A stretch of 64,000 bases of DNA from NCBI GenBank assembly GCA_043228905.1, contig JBHGNT010000016.1, forward strand, positions 16,864,001 to 16,928,000, in the 5' to 3' direction. Position 1 is the first letter of the stretch, and every line of letters starts with the position of its first letter. Made by a program: the position numbers and the translations under genes. Under the pieces are notes generated by a model. It was not told the DNA's origin. It saw only the letters and a list, made by a program, of their open reading frames with translations, and searched no databases. Below are positions 63,394-64,000 of this stretch, in pieces. Source of the DNA: Azolla caroliniana. Its lineage: Eukaryota > Plantae > Polypodiophyta.

Positions 63394-63463
63394 CAATAGA
63401 TGGTCTAATGGTCAAGAACTTGACCCATATAACCTAAGGTCATGGGTTCGAGTCTTGCCATAT
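63394..63463 (+). ncRNA. tRNA-like A/B-box module at the U3 tip of the chromovirus LTR (antisense to element)
   Basis: A box TGGTCTAATGG 63401-63411; AGGTCATGGGTTCGAGTC with B box 63445-63454. Confidence 0.55.
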
Positions 63464-64000
63464 CATGACACTATCCCCCCTTTAAAACGGCGAGTGTCAC
63501 GAGTCGTCTTGGATTGAGGACCCGGTTTGTGTGGATATTGACGATGGAAGTCTTCAAGAAGAGCACGAGCATTGGTTACATTCTCGATCGGTTCCCAAGT
63601 ACGTTCGCTAGGGCTATAGCCTAGCCAATCGACTAGATAATAGAGCTTGTTGCGAACAATCTTCGAATCAAGGATGGCGGCAACCTCGTACTCCGGCCCA
63701 TCTTCAAGCTCGATTGGGGGTGGAGGTTGGATAAGACGTCCTGGGATGGTGCTCTCATGGTAGGGTTCGAGGAGAGAACTATGAAACACCGGATGTATCT
63801 GAAGTTCAGGAGGTAGATCAAGACGAAAAGCGCGACATCATTAATCTTTCCAATAATACGGAAAGGACCTAATCGCTGATAATCGAACTTCTCACATGGG
63901 CGAGTAGTCTTGATGTGTCGTCGTAGCAGCCACACCCGATCTCAAATATAAAACTGGATGGAAGTCGATGACGATCCGCGTAGACCTTGTGTGTTTGTTG

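Larger units (their letters stand above)
63033..64000 (-). mobile_element. Chromovirus (Tcn1-like) gypsy 3' end: integrase C-term, chromodomain, PPT, 3' LTR 63033-63470
   Basis: RLGPFRI; EYEVAAILDSKIVRNKLYYLVDWLGYSPSERTWEP; PPT AAAGGGGGGATAG; LTR ends TGTCATGA/TCATGACA. Confidence 0.92.

Overview
Eukaryotic, heterochromatin-like plant DNA, most likely from a non-seed land plant (inferred from a Tcn1-like chromovirus and unusual Gypsy lineages). About 85-90% of the window is nested, mostly decayed LTR retrotransposons: about 11 Ty1/copia pieces, all on the minus strand, and about 7 Ty3/gypsy pieces. Their primer sites match tRNA-iMet, -Arg, -Asp and -Trp. There is one apparently intact host gene, a two-exon G-type-lectin (S-domain, SD-2-like) non-RD receptor kinase (25245-28460, +). 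The most unusual feature is not in the ORF track. At 53520-54218 (-) lies a spliced, pseudogenised prokaryote-type beta-class amino (N4-C/N6-A) DNA methyltransferase fragment. It sits head-to-head with a Sola-like/DUF7869-type transposase remnant (54783-60812, +, split by a young Copia), with an array of 23-bp palindromes between them. This suggests a DNA transposon carrying its own amino-methyltransferase. A second recurring oddity is a roughly 70-nt tRNA-like A-box/B-box module found antisense in the U3 region of four different Gypsy LTR families. All calls were made by eye, with no database searches.
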